A stretch of DNA of 64,000 nt from Pyrinomonadaceae bacterium. Its GTDB lineage: Bacteria > Acidobacteriota > Blastocatellia > Pyrinomonadales > Pyrinomonadaceae. The notes under the pieces were generated by a model, which ran no database searches, was not told the DNA's origin, and worked only from the letters and a program-made list of their open reading frames with translations. This document shows, piece after piece, positions 19,403 to 28,672 of this stretch (position 1 is the first letter of the stretch; every line of letters starts with the position of its first letter). A program made the translations under genes and the position numbers. The stretch spans positions 936 to 64,935 of the forward strand of contig JBHEMC010000011.1 of the NCBI GenBank assembly GCA_046262775.1, given 5' to 3'.

Positions 19403-20083
19403 ATGTCGACCAATCGCACATCTCGGCACGATGAGAAGCTGGAGTTCATTCTGCGCACGGCCGCCCGCATTTTTGCACAAAAGAGCTACCACTCAACCTC
19501 CATGCGCGACATCTCACGTGCGACGGACGTCAGCCTTGCGGGTCTTTATCATTATTGCAAATCAAAGGAAGAGCTGCTGTTCCTTATCCAGGACAATTGT
19601 TTTGGGCACGTCCTCGAACGTCTGCAGGAGCGCCTTAAACAAATCACTGATCCCATTGAGAAACTACGCGCCTTCACTGAGAACCACCTATCGTTCTTCG
19701 TCGCTAACATGGCCGAGATGAAGGTGCTGTCGCATGAATCAACTTCATTAACGGGCGACCTCCACGCACAGGTTTCGACTCGCAAGGATAAATACACTAA
19801 ACTCGCGCGCTGCATACTTCGCGAAGTGCACGATGTGAATGGTTCCGACCAATCGATCGATCTAACGGTTGCCACCTATGCCCTTTTCGGGATGATGAAC
19901 TGGATCTATAACTGGTACGATCCGCGCGGAAAGTTGGAAGTAGGTGAGTTGGCAGAGAACCTGACTGAATTGTTTCTCGGTGGTTTTCTGAATGGACGCA
20001 TCGAACCAAAACTCCACGAACGAAGGACCGTGGAAAGCTTAAGTGTCTGGCGAGCTACGGGCGAGCACGCGAATATTCGCTGA
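19403..20083 (+). CDS. TetR-family regulator (acyl-CoA-responsive FadR/PaaR-like class)
   Basis: 226 aa with the HTH SYHSTSMRDISRATDVSLAGLYHYCKSKEELL. It lies directly downstream of boxB. Confidence 0.8.
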   Translation: MSTNRTSRHDEKLEFILRTAARIFAQKSYHSTSMRDISRATDVSLAGLYHYCKSKEELLFLIQDNCFGHVLERLQERLKQITDPIEKLRAFTENHLSFFVANMAEMKVLSHESTSLTGDLHAQVSTRKDKYTKLARCILREVHDVNGSDQSIDLTVATYALFGMMNWIYNWYDPRGKLEVGELAENLTELFLGGFLNGRIEPKLHERRTVESLSVWRATGEHANIR

Positions 20084-20086
20084 TAA

Positions 20087-20790
20087 TCAAGAAAGAACTT
20101 TTACGCTGAAGAAACATACGCAGAGCGCGTCGCCGGTGTATACGATGATTGGTTTCGCGATTACGAGGGGGCTGCGTCATGTTTTTAGCGAACCAGGCAA
20201 ATGGTGGTCGCGTTGGTGTTGGGAAACATCGCGCTATCCTTGACAGAGAAGGATGTCGAGCGTGCACGGCATTGATGCGGCGCCTTCAATGCTGCGCCGA
20301 CTAATTGCCAAACCTGGCGCCGAACGCATAACGATTAACACCGGTAACTTGCGGATGTGGCGGTGGAAAGTGGTGAGTTCTCACTTATCTCCGTTGTCTT
20401 CAATGCCTTCTTCGCGCTGTTTTCACAGGAAGAGCAGGTGCGTTGTTTCCGAAACGTGACCGCACACCTGACACCAATTGGCGCTTTTGTTATTGAAGCC
20501 TTCGTCCCCGACCTAACACGTTTCACACATGATCAAGTAAATTACGCAACAAAGGTACTTCGACCAGGCAAAATTTGATGTGGGCCAGCTAGACCGGGCC
20601 GCGCAACGTGTTGATAGTAGCGTATCGTTATTAGAGACGGCGCTGTGCAGTTGTATCCGTTTCAGATTCGTTGAGTATGTGCATCGGAACTCGTTTTCAT
20701 GGCACAGTTGCCGGAGTAGTTGGCAGCCCGATCCATTTACGACTGACAGTCAGAAGCACATCTCACTGTACGTATTGGATAGAGTTTGAA
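20087..20790 (+). pseudogene. Decayed class I SAM-dependent methyltransferase
   Basis: Methyltransferase-like segments are scattered over three frames. They are YAERVAGVYDDWFRDYEG (no start codon, ends at TAG), VHGIDAAPSMLRRLIAKPGAE, FSLISVVFNAFFALFSQEEQVRCFRNVTAHLTPIGAFVIEAFVPD, LYPFQIR-TGA-VCASELVFMAQLPE-TAG and PFTTDSQKHISLYV. That makes at least 3 frameshifts and 2 in-frame stops. Confidence 0.75.
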
Positions 20791-20909
20791 TGCGTCCCAG
20801 CGGTTCTCTGGCCTCTGCGTTTGATCGTTGTCGATATCAGGTGTCGTAAACTTTTATATCAACGCAAAGGACGGCGAGCGCGTAACGCGCCGATAGAACG
20901 GGAAAATTC

Positions 20910-21734
20910 ATGATGGCAGAAGTCGAAGCACGCACACAGGACAAGACACTGGTAACGTATCGCGTTGCATCGCGGATCGCAGTGCTGACACTTACGAATC
21001 CTCCTGCGAATACGTACAGCTACGAAATGATGCGGCAGTTGGACCACGCCATACTTGCTGCTCGCATGGACGCGGTGGTCCAGGGAATAATCATTACCGG
21101 ATATGGGGAGAAATTCTTTTGCTCCGGTGCTGATATAGAAATGCTCGCGAACGTGACCCCTGCTTACAAGTACTACTTCTGTCTTCACGCTAACGAAACT
21201 CTGTTGCGGCTCGAGCAGACACCCAAACTTGTCATCGCCGCGATCAATGGTCATTGCGTTGGTGGAGGTTTGGAAATAGCAATGGCTGCTGATATGCGCA
21301 TCGCGCGAGCCGGCGCCGGCAAGATGGGACTGCCGGAGGTATCGCTCGGGGTGTTGCCGGGTACCGGTGGCACGCAGCGTTTGACACGCCTGGTTGGAAA
21401 AGCAAGAGCCATTGAACTTATGGCTACCGGTCGATTGTTTGACTTCGAACATGGCATGAATCTGGGAATCGTTAACCAGGTTCTAAGCGCGCAGTCCGCG
21501 GAAGAATTCCTTGCGCAGGTAATCGATTATGCGCGGCAATTCACTGCGCCGGACAAAGCTGCACACGCAGTAGGTAACATCAAGCGAAGTGTGCAGACCG
21601 GATCGGAGATGCCATTCGAGTCTGCGCTTGCACTGGAGCGTGAACTGCAACAACAACTCTTTCAATCAGAAGATGCAAAAGAAGGACTTGCTGCGTACCT
21701 CTCAAAACGGAAGCCCGAGTTCAAGGGGGAATAA
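20910..21734 (+). CDS. Enoyl-CoA hydratase/isomerase family protein
   Basis: 274 aa with crotonase motifs FFCSGADIEML and AAINGHCVGGGLEIAMAADMRIA...GLPEVSLGVLPGTGGTQRL. Confidence 0.85.
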   Translation: MMAEVEARTQDKTLVTYRVASRIAVLTLTNPPANTYSYEMMRQLDHAILAARMDAVVQGIIITGYGEKFFCSGADIEMLANVTPAYKYYFCLHANETLLRLEQTPKLVIAAINGHCVGGGLEIAMAADMRIARAGAGKMGLPEVSLGVLPGTGGTQRLTRLVGKARAIELMATGRLFDFEHGMNLGIVNQVLSAQSAEEFLAQVIDYARQFTAPDKAAHAVGNIKRSVQTGSEMPFESALALERELQQQLFQSEDAKEGLAAYLSKRKPEFKGE

Positions 21735-21813
21735 TGTGCTCTTCGATTTTTATTTTTTTGTAGACTGTCGTTACGAAATGAATTTTATTTTGCAACCAAC
21801 ATAAAAAGATCTG

Positions 21814-21832
21814 AGACCGAAGACCAAAGACC
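21814..21832 (+). repeat. AGACC short tandem repeat in 5' leader (AGACCGAAGACCAAAGACC)
   Basis: Three AGACC units with 1-3 nt spacers, 13 nt upstream of the ATG at 21845. A near-identical motif (CCAAAGACC + ATTTC) recurs at 29792-29820. Confidence 0.5.
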
Positions 21833-21844
21833 ATTTCTGTCACA

Positions 21845-22636
21845 ATGTCTTACGAACATCTCCTGGTAGCCGAAAACGAAGGCATCTGCCGGATCACATT
21901 AAACCGGCCTGAGAAGCTCAATGCGTTTATCGGTCACATGCGTCGAGATCTCGCAGAAGCACTTGAGCACGCAGGCAGCGATCGAATGGTGCGGGTAATC
22001 ATCATCACGGGCGCCGGTCGCGCGTTCTGTGCCGGTGGAGACGTCGTATTTATGGCCGAGCTGATGGAGCGCGGCGATGTCGACGAGTTTGCGCGAATTC
22101 TCGGTGCCGGCCGTCGCGTGATCACTGGTATTCGGCAAATGACGAAACCTGTTATCGCTGCTGTCAATGGTCCAGCTTCAGGCGCAGGCTGCAATCTTGC
22201 GTTTGCCTGCGATCTTCGCCTCGCTTCAACCACAGCCACATTCAGCCAGTCGTTTTTCAAGGTTGGCTTGCACCCGGATTGGGGAGGCACTTACTTCCTG
22301 CCTCGACTGGTAACACCAAATAAAGCTTGCGAACTGTTCTTCCTCGGAGACTCGATTGATGCTGCTGAAGCGGCGCGGCTGAATATAGTTAACCAGGTCG
22401 TAGCTGCAGAAGACTTCGAGACGGCGACACAGCAATTGGCGCAACGTTTACGCGATGCGCCCCCAATTGCTCTGGCTGCTGCGAAGCAAGCCGTATACAT
22501 GAGCGAAGCTGAGGAGCTCGATGTGATGTTGCGGTACGAGACCGAAGCTCAACTCCGGTGTTTTCAATCCAGCGACTGTCACGAGGGTATTCGGGCCTTC
22601 CTCGAAAAACGCGAACCGAGATTTACCGGACATTAG
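21845..22636 (+). CDS. Enoyl-CoA hydratase/isomerase family protein
   Basis: 263 aa with motifs GAGRAFCAGGDV and AAVNGPASGAGCNLAFACDLRLA, and the C-terminal EGIRAFLEKREPRFTG. Confidence 0.85.
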   Translation: MSYEHLLVAENEGICRITLNRPEKLNAFIGHMRRDLAEALEHAGSDRMVRVIIITGAGRAFCAGGDVVFMAELMERGDVDEFARILGAGRRVITGIRQMTKPVIAAVNGPASGAGCNLAFACDLRLASTTATFSQSFFKVGLHPDWGGTYFLPRLVTPNKACELFFLGDSIDAAEAARLNIVNQVVAAEDFETATQQLAQRLRDAPPIALAAAKQAVYMSEAEELDVMLRYETEAQLRCFQSSDCHEGIRAFLEKREPRFTGH

Positions 22637-22897
22637 TTCCCGATATTAATTCATTACGGAAATTCGCAGGTTGGGAAAGGGGGCAGAGCGCGGCATCGAT
22701 CCCGCTGCAACATTCACACGCAGAACCTCGATTTGTTCACGGCGGCTCACATTCACGAATGTTCTTCTTGCTTCCGCGTTACGCGAGATATTTTCCTATC
22801 TTGAGCACTAGCTAGGAACGACTCTGCTTGATGGTCGAGTGGGCCAAGATGAGTTCAAATTTCCCGGATGCTTTTAGAAATCCGGCCTTAAACGAAT

Positions 22898-23683
22898 ATG
22901 ATTCTGAAGGATAAACTTGCGTTGATCACAGGAGCCAGTCGCGGCATTGGACGCGCTATCGCTTTCACTTTCGCGCGCGAGGGCGCATGCCTGGCGTTGT
23001 GTTCGCGAACGTCATCGGCAGTGGAAGAGGTCGCAGATGAAATAAAAAATCAGTTCCAAGTCAAAGCATTCGGCTTCGCGTGCGACGTGTCAGATCCTGA
23101 TAGTGTTGGCCAATTTCTTCTTGCAGCCCGCAAAGCCTTCGTCGGAACTGAACCTTCCATACTCGTCAACAATGCAGGTGTCGCTGAGAGTGCAACTGTC
23201 ACACACACCGACGACCTTCTCTGGGAACGTCATCTCGCAATTAATCTTTCCGGCACGTTCTACTGCACGAGGGCAGCACTCCCCGCGATGCTGGCCTCAG
23301 GCTGGGGCCGTGTCATCAACATAGCCTCTATCGCGGGGAAGACAGGCGCGCCATATATCGCAGCATATTCTGCTTCGAAACATGGCGTGCTTGGGCTGAC
23401 ACGTTCTGTCGCGCTGGAAGTCGCGTCGCGGGGAATTACTGTTAACGCGATTTGTCCGGGTTATGTTGATACTGACATGACTACGCGCGCCATTGAGAAT
23501 ATTACTTCCAAGACCGGACGATCACATGAAGAAGCGTTGGAAACTCTCAAGAGAATGAGTCCACAAAATCGTCTGGTAACTTCCGAAGAGATTGCGGCTG
23601 TCGCGTTGCTGCTGGCGTCTGACGAAGGTCGGGGCATCAATGGGCAGGCGATCAATGTCGATGGCGGCACAGTTGTCTATTAG
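22898..23683 (+). CDS. SDR-family oxidoreductase (FabG / 3-hydroxyacyl-CoA dehydrogenase-like)
   Basis: 261 aa. The cofactor motif is TGASRGIGRAIA, with NNAG and the catalytic YSASKHGVLGLTR (YxxxK). Confidence 0.85.
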   Translation: MILKDKLALITGASRGIGRAIAFTFAREGACLALCSRTSSAVEEVADEIKNQFQVKAFGFACDVSDPDSVGQFLLAARKAFVGTEPSILVNNAGVAESATVTHTDDLLWERHLAINLSGTFYCTRAALPAMLASGWGRVINIASIAGKTGAPYIAAYSASKHGVLGLTRSVALEVASRGITVNAICPGYVDTDMTTRAIENITSKTGRSHEEALETLKRMSPQNRLVTSEEIAAVALLLASDEGRGINGQAINVDGGTVVY

Positions 23684-23716
23684 AAAATCCATTGATTACA
23701 CTGAACTCTTGAAACA

Positions 23717-25219
23717 ATGAACCTCAGGAGGCTGACGGCCAGGTACACCTCGCATCTGCTCGCCTGCGTTGTCGTCATAACCGCAGTTTCCTATTTCTAT
23801 CAAGTGCCGCAGAACCCGCCCGGCTACTATATCGACGAGGCGTCTATCTCTTACAACGCCTACACCATTTCACAAAATCTGCAGGACGAATATCGGACGA
23901 GACTGCCGCTGTATTTTCGCGCTTTCGGTGAATACAAAAATCCTGTCTATATTTATCTGTTAGCGCTTCTGTTTCGCTTGTTCGGACCGAGCATCCTCGT
24001 TGCGCGACTCTTCAGCGCAATGCTCGGCGTTTTGGCGGCGGCTTTGCTTTGGCAACTCAGCTTTCGAGTGACCCAACGTGCGATTGTGGCAAGCTTGATC
24101 GCGCTTTCTGCGCTCCTAACGCCATGGCTGTTTGAAAATAGTCGGCTCGTGTTCGAAGTTGCATTGTATCCCGCTCTCTTAACTGTGTTTTTGCTCGCGG
24201 TCCATCGAGCGTCTCTGAAAAAATCGTGGTCTGCTGTCGATGTCGTGTCGCTCGCATTATCGCTGGCGTTTCTAACTTACTCATATTCGATCGGCAGACT
24301 CCTCGCTCCTTTGTTTGCGTTGGGTCTGATTTTCTTTACTACGCGAACGCGCGTTTGGGCCGTATTTGCTACGTGGGGCGCGTATGTAGCGACACTTGTC
24401 CCACTGTTAATTTTTCATATGCGTCACCCTGGGGCATTGATGACACGGTTCTGGTTGGTTACTTACGTTAGGCCTGACGGGTCAATGTCGGAAATGGCAG
24501 CTGAGTTCTTCAAGCGCTACCTGTCCAACATGAATCCCTGGACGATGGCAGTCACTGGAGAAGTCAATGTTCGCGATCACGTGGGAACTATGGGAAGCAT
24601 CCTTGCTCCGTCACTGTTAATTGCAGTTTTGGGCATCGTGCTCGTCATTCTCTATCGACGTCGTGAGGCTTTCTGGAAATTCATGCTGTACGCGCTTGTC
24701 GTGGCCCCAATTCCGGCATCTTTAACTATGACTAATTTCCCTCAGTTACGATTGGTTGCGATGCCGGTGATCGGGCACGTCTTTATGATTCCCGGCGCAG
24801 CATGGATGCTTTCAGACATAGTGACGGAGCGTAACCGCGAAGCAATTCGAAAAGTCGCGCTCGGCTTCCTTATGCTTTTACTAATCGTGCAGGGTCTAAT
24901 TTACCGATCGCAGTTCAGGAAGGCCGGTCCGGAGCGTTGGTATATTTTCGATGAACAGTTTCCGCGCGAGGTATTGCCCATGGCTCTGGCGCAGAAGAGG
25001 TCGCCAATCTATTTCTACGATCCCCCGGGGAAGTCTGGTTACATTCAAGCCTATTGGTACGGCGTCTTGCAACACCTGCCGGACTCGACTTTTGTGCGAA
25101 TGGCTGCGGATGAGAAACCTCCAGCGGAAGCAGTGATAATCAGCACCGCTGAAAAGTGTTCCGATTGTCGCTTGCTGCTAAAGAGCATCAACTACATTGT
25201 TTATATTGCAACGGAGTAA
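23717..25219 (+). CDS. Polytopic membrane glycosyltransferase, GT39/ArnT-like
   Basis: 500 aa and highly hydrophobic. The N-terminal loop YYIDEASISYNAYTISQNLQDEYRTRLPLYFRAFGEYKNPVYIYLLALLFRLFG resembles the ArnT/PMT first periplasmic loop. Confidence 0.5.
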   Translation: MNLRRLTARYTSHLLACVVVITAVSYFYQVPQNPPGYYIDEASISYNAYTISQNLQDEYRTRLPLYFRAFGEYKNPVYIYLLALLFRLFGPSILVARLFSAMLGVLAAALLWQLSFRVTQRAIVASLIALSALLTPWLFENSRLVFEVALYPALLTVFLLAVHRASLKKSWSAVDVVSLALSLAFLTYSYSIGRLLAPLFALGLIFFTTRTRVWAVFATWGAYVATLVPLLIFHMRHPGALMTRFWLVTYVRPDGSMSEMAAEFFKRYLSNMNPWTMAVTGEVNVRDHVGTMGSILAPSLLIAVLGIVLVILYRRREAFWKFMLYALVVAPIPASLTMTNFPQLRLVAMPVIGHVFMIPGAAWMLSDIVTERNREAIRKVALGFLMLLLIVQGLIYRSQFRKAGPERWYIFDEQFPREVLPMALAQKRSPIYFYDPPGKSGYIQAYWYGVLQHLPDSTFVRMAADEKPPAEAVIISTAEKCSDCRLLLKSINYIVYIATE

Positions 25220-25254
25220 GAAGCAGAGAACATGGTTTCGATTCTGAGTTGTGT

Positions 25255-25845
25255 TCATCTGCGGAAATCTGTGGCTGTTGCCCACATCTCATACACCAGT
25301 CTGATTGGCAGCCCCACGATGTTCAGATATTCACCCTCAATCTCTTTCACGAACAGTGCGGCTCTGCCCTGAATCCCATACGCACCAGCTTTGCCCATCG
25401 GCTCTTTCGTGGATACGTACCAGTCAATCTCTTCGTCTGACATTTCACTGAACCGCACCCGAGTCACAGTATGGTCGACGATTGTTTTGCCGGCTGATCC
25501 AATTCGCACGAAACAAACCCCTGTTAACACTTCGTGCCACTTACCACTGAGCATCTGCAACATGCGCCTTGCCTCTGCGTCATCCGCCGGTTGACCAAGA
25601 ATCATTTCATCAACAACTACGGTAGTGTCGGCACCAAGCACGAGTCCCTCTTCGTACCGGGCAGCAACCGCTTCTGCTTTACTCCGCGCGAGACGTTTCA
25701 CGTACTTTACAGGATCCTCGTCAGGCTCAACTGATTCATCGATGCCAGCTACGGACGTTTCGAAAGGCCAGTTGACGGCGTTGAGAATCTCAACTCGCCT
25801 GGCGCTGCCGGAAGCCAAAATTATTTTCCCGAGTTTATCAACCAA
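25255..25845 (-). CDS. maf: Maf-family nucleoside triphosphate pyrophosphatase
   Basis: 196 aa with motifs ILASGSARRVEIL, LGADTVV, GKAGAYGIQG. Confidence 0.85.
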   Translation of the reverse strand: MVDKLGKIILASGSARRVEILNAVNWPFETSVAGIDESVEPDEDPVKYVKRLARSKAEAVAARYEEGLVLGADTTVVVDEMILGQPADDAEARRMLQMLSGKWHEVLTGVCFVRIGSAGKTIVDHTVTRVRFSEMSDEEIDWYVSTKEPMGKAGAYGIQGRAALFVKEIEGEYLNIVGLPIRLVYEMWATATDFRR

Positions 25846-25896
25846 TGTATTAGCCTCTTATGAAGTTGGCGAGCAGACACATTCTTCGTTACACTC

Positions 25897-26409
25897 GTGT
25901 CATCCAATTTGTCATCGCGAAGTTTGCAGCTTTTCACTTGCGGATCGCAAATACGTAATCAATTGGAAGAACTAATTAAAACCTTACCTCAGATTCTGCG
26001 GGCGATTGGAGACGCCCCGGAAGTGACGGAAGCGGCGGTAATCGCGGCGTGGAAGCACGCATCTGGTGAAGGACTGCGCAAGCAAGCTGTCGCCGTTGCG
26101 TATCAGGAAAAAACGCTGGTAGTTGCGGTTGCGGACGCAGTTTGGCAAAAACAGATGGCGTCGATGACGCGGCAACTGGCGTTTCGAATGAATCAAATTT
26201 TGGGCCAACCGCTAGTAAGCCGGATTGAATTACGTGTTCAACCTGAATTGATCCAACATGAGAAGCCTGACAAACGCAATGACATTGATGAGAGTGAAAC
26301 CTCCTTTGAATTGCGAAGGGCTGCTGAATCCATTCATGACAAGCAACTCAGGAAGTCGTTCTTAAGAACTGTGGCCGTATTACTGAAGCGGTCGGAGGAA
26401 CATGAGTGA
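25897..26409 (+). CDS. DUF721 (DciA-like) protein
   Basis: 170 aa. The core AAWKHASGEGLRKQAVAVAYQEKTLVVAVADAVWQKQMASMTRQLAFRMNQILG matches the DUF721 pattern. The start codon is uncertain. Confidence 0.55.
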   Translation: MSSNLSSRSLQLFTCGSQIRNQLEELIKTLPQILRAIGDAPEVTEAAVIAAWKHASGEGLRKQAVAVAYQEKTLVVAVADAVWQKQMASMTRQLAFRMNQILGQPLVSRIELRVQPELIQHEKPDKRNDIDESETSFELRRAAESIHDKQLRKSFLRTVAVLLKRSEEHE

Positions 26410-26441
26410 TTGCGAATTCGATCAATTGGTGAGAAGAGTAG

Positions 26442-26738
26442 ATGCCAATCAAAGAATCAGATATCGAACGTGTAGCGCAACTGGCCCATCTGGAGCTAGC
26501 ACCAGATGAACTGAAAATCTTTAGTCCCCAGATCGCCGAGATCGTGAATTACGTAGAACAACTGCACGAGCTCAACACGACTGCTATCGAACCTGCCATC
26601 GGCGGTCTTACTCCTGAGGGTGAAGCTATTAATTCATTACGTAATGACGAAACAGTACCTTCGCTTGGTCAGCGAACAGCTCTTGCCGAGGCACCGGACG
26701 CAGCTTCGGGACATTTCCGCGTACCAAAGGTATTGTAA
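26442..26738 (+). CDS. gatC: Glu/Asp-tRNA amidotransferase subunit C
   Basis: 98 aa (IERVAQLAHLELAPDELKIFSPQIAEIVNYVEQL), immediately upstream of gatA. Confidence 0.9.
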   Translation: MPIKESDIERVAQLAHLELAPDELKIFSPQIAEIVNYVEQLHELNTTAIEPAIGGLTPEGEAINSLRNDETVPSLGQRTALAEAPDAASGHFRVPKVL

Positions 26739-26756
26739 AGCTCAACCAAAAAACGA

Positions 26757-28205
26757 ATGACGACCGGGAATAATATTACAGAAATCGGCGCGCGTCTTCG
26801 TGCGAAAGACACGACTGCTCGCGCAATCGTAGAAGCGTCGTTGGATGCTGCCGAAAGATTGAACGACACGCTGAATGCATTTCTGCAAATCGATCGAAGC
26901 GGAGCCCTTCAGCGCGCATCAATAATTGATATGGATTTGTCTGCTTCACCTCTTGCAGGAATTCCTGTCGCTGTGAAGGACAACATCTGTGTTCGTGGAA
27001 TGCAGACATCATGCGGGTCGAAGATACTCGGCGATTATCAACCGCCCTACAATGCGACGGTAATTGAACGGTTACTCAATTCGGGTGCCGTCGTCATTGG
27101 TAAAACAAATTGCGACGAGTTCGCAATGGGATCTTCGAATGAAAACTCCGCTTTCGGTCCAGTGCGCAATCCCTGGGACGAGACGCGCGTACCCGGCGGT
27201 TCTTCGGGCGGATCGGCCGCGGCTGTAGCTGCTGGAATCGTTCCTGTGGCGCTCGGCTCAGATACGGGTGGCTCTGTTAGACAGCCCGCATCCTTATGTG
27301 GCGTGTTCGGTTTGAAACCTACGTATGGACGTAACTCTCGCTACGGGCTCGTGGCGTTTGCATCGTCGCTGGACCAAGTCGGTATCTTTGCGCGCGATGT
27401 TCGCGATGTTGCCGAAGTACTGAAAGCAATCGCCGGCCGCGACGAGCACGACGCCACGACAGCAGATGTTCCAGTGCCTGATTACAACACGTCGATAACG
27501 GAAAATTTGCGTGGAGCGAGGTTGGGAGTTCCTTCGGCGCTTTTTGGTGCAGGCCTCGATGCGGAAGTCGCCGAAGCAGTCAAGGGAGTTGTCGATTTTT
27601 ATAAGGACGCCGGGGCCGAGATAGTCGACGTGCAACTTCCCCACGCTCGCTACGCAATTGCCGTCTATTACATCATCGCGACTGCTGAAGCATCATCGAA
27701 TCTCGCGCGGTTTGACGGCGTTAGGTATGGGTTTCGTGCTGAAGAAGCGCCTGAGCTGGGGCAGATGTACAGAAAAACGCGCGAGGAGGGTTTTGGTCCT
27801 GAGGTAAAGCGACGGATTATGCTGGGTACCTATGTGCTCTCCGCAGGTTATTACGAGGCCTACTATCGCAAGGCTCAACAAGTGCGGACATTAATTAAGG
27901 GCGATTTTTTGAAAGCGTTTGAACAATGCGACGCGATCATTACTCCGACAGCGCCAACGCCGGCATTTCAGCTTGGCGAAAAGGTTAATGACCCGCTGGC
28001 GATGTATCTGAACGACATCTACACAGTGACAGCGAATCTCGCCGGGGTTCCAGGCCTGAGCGTTCCGTGTGGTCTATCAACCGGACGTTTGCCAATTGGA
28101 TTTCAACTGTTAGGACCATACTGGTCTGAGCCGGCGTTGCTGCGCATTGCTCATGCTTATCAAAAGGAGCGACCTTTTAAAGAGCGGCCACCAATTCACG
28201 CGTGA
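26757..28205 (+). CDS. gatA: Glu/Asp-tRNA amidotransferase subunit A
   Basis: 482 aa with the amidase signature [14 protein letters not shown]...[16 protein letters not shown]. Confidence 0.95.
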   Translation: MTTGNNITEIGARLRAKDTTARAIVEASLDAAERLNDTLNAFLQIDRSGALQRASIIDMDLSASPLAGIPVAVKDNICVRGMQTSCGSKILGDYQPPYNATVIERLLNSGAVVIGKTNCDEFAMGSSNENSAFGPVRNPWDETRVPGGSSGGSAAAVAAGIVPVALGSDTGGSVRQPASLCGVFGLKPTYGRNSRYGLVAFASSLDQVGIFARDVRDVAEVLKAIAGRDEHDATTADVPVPDYNTSITENLRGARLGVPSALFGAGLDAEVAEAVKGVVDFYKDAGAEIVDVQLPHARYAIAVYYIIATAEASSNLARFDGVRYGFRAEEAPELGQMYRKTREEGFGPEVKRRIMLGTYVLSAGYYEAYYRKAQQVRTLIKGDFLKAFEQCDAIITPTAPTPAFQLGEKVNDPLAMYLNDIYTVTANLAGVPGLSVPCGLSTGRLPIGFQLLGPYWSEPALLRIAHAYQKERPFKERPPIHA

Positions 28206-28255
28206 AAATGCCTCACGTAAACCTACGGTCTCGACTGATCGGCAAACTCAAGCTA

Positions 28256-28546
28256 CTACTTGACGTCTGTATAATCAATGGAGCTACTTCGTGGCTTTTT
28301 GTCGGGAATTAAATCGCCGGTAAAAATCTCGAGAACGTTCTTCGCAGTACCGAGAACGGGTGTTACATCCAATCCCACATGGAGGGCTCCAGGCAATAGA
28401 CCTTTCTTTTTAATCTCGTATCCCGCCAGGCTAACGGCGAAAAGAGAGCCGATGACTGGGATGGGCTTGATGAGACGCTTCGCCAGTCGCCAACCACCTG
28501 CTCGAACGATTCGACGTTTGATAGTCATGTTCTGAGATAACACCAC
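28256..28546 (-). CDS. Small basic hypothetical protein with one hydrophobic segment
   Basis: 96-aa ORF (alternative ATG at 28528), convergent with gatA. It has a basic N-terminus (KRRIVRAGGWRLAKRLIK) and then PIPVIGSLFAVSLAGY. I recognised no family. Confidence 0.3.
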   Translation of the reverse strand: MVLSQNMTIKRRIVRAGGWRLAKRLIKPIPVIGSLFAVSLAGYEIKKKGLLPGALHVGLDVTPVLGTAKNVLEIFTGDLIPDKKPRSSSIDYTDVK

Positions 28547-28672
28547 AAATCGGCCGGTTTATCCAATTCTCAACGTCACCTGTTTATCAATCTGTCTTCT
28601 GTGGCCGCAGTAAACATCCTGTCGTGGTCGTGTTAGCATGCTCAAGCTTCTTCAATACCTGAGTCGGAACGT

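Noticed and set aside
20640-20700. In-frame TGA inside the methyltransferase remnant (LYPFQIR-TGA-VCASEL) as a possible selenocysteine codon, given the nearby tRNA-Sec.
   Set aside because: The same reading frame also contains a TAG 16 codons later and is flanked by frameshifts. The position corresponds to a conserved aromatic residue, not a redox Cys.
14452-23683. Genomic island inserted at selC, since tRNA-Sec is a classic island integration site and a catabolic cluster with a pseudogene lies next to it.
   Set aside because: There is no integrase, no direct repeat of the tRNA 3' end and no compositional break that I can see. The tRNA 3' end faces dprA (73 nt away), while the box cluster is on the 5' side.
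28530-28672. CTGAGA followed by ACC-rich sequence upstream of the thiamine/iron-type ABC binding protein looked like a possible TPP riboswitch. I also checked upstream of the thiE-thiD operon (54031-54082).
   Set aside because: The defining ACCUGAUCUGGAUAAUGCCAGCG-type pyrimidine-sensor helix and the GGGG...CUGAGA pairing are absent. The thiE-side gap is only 52 nt.
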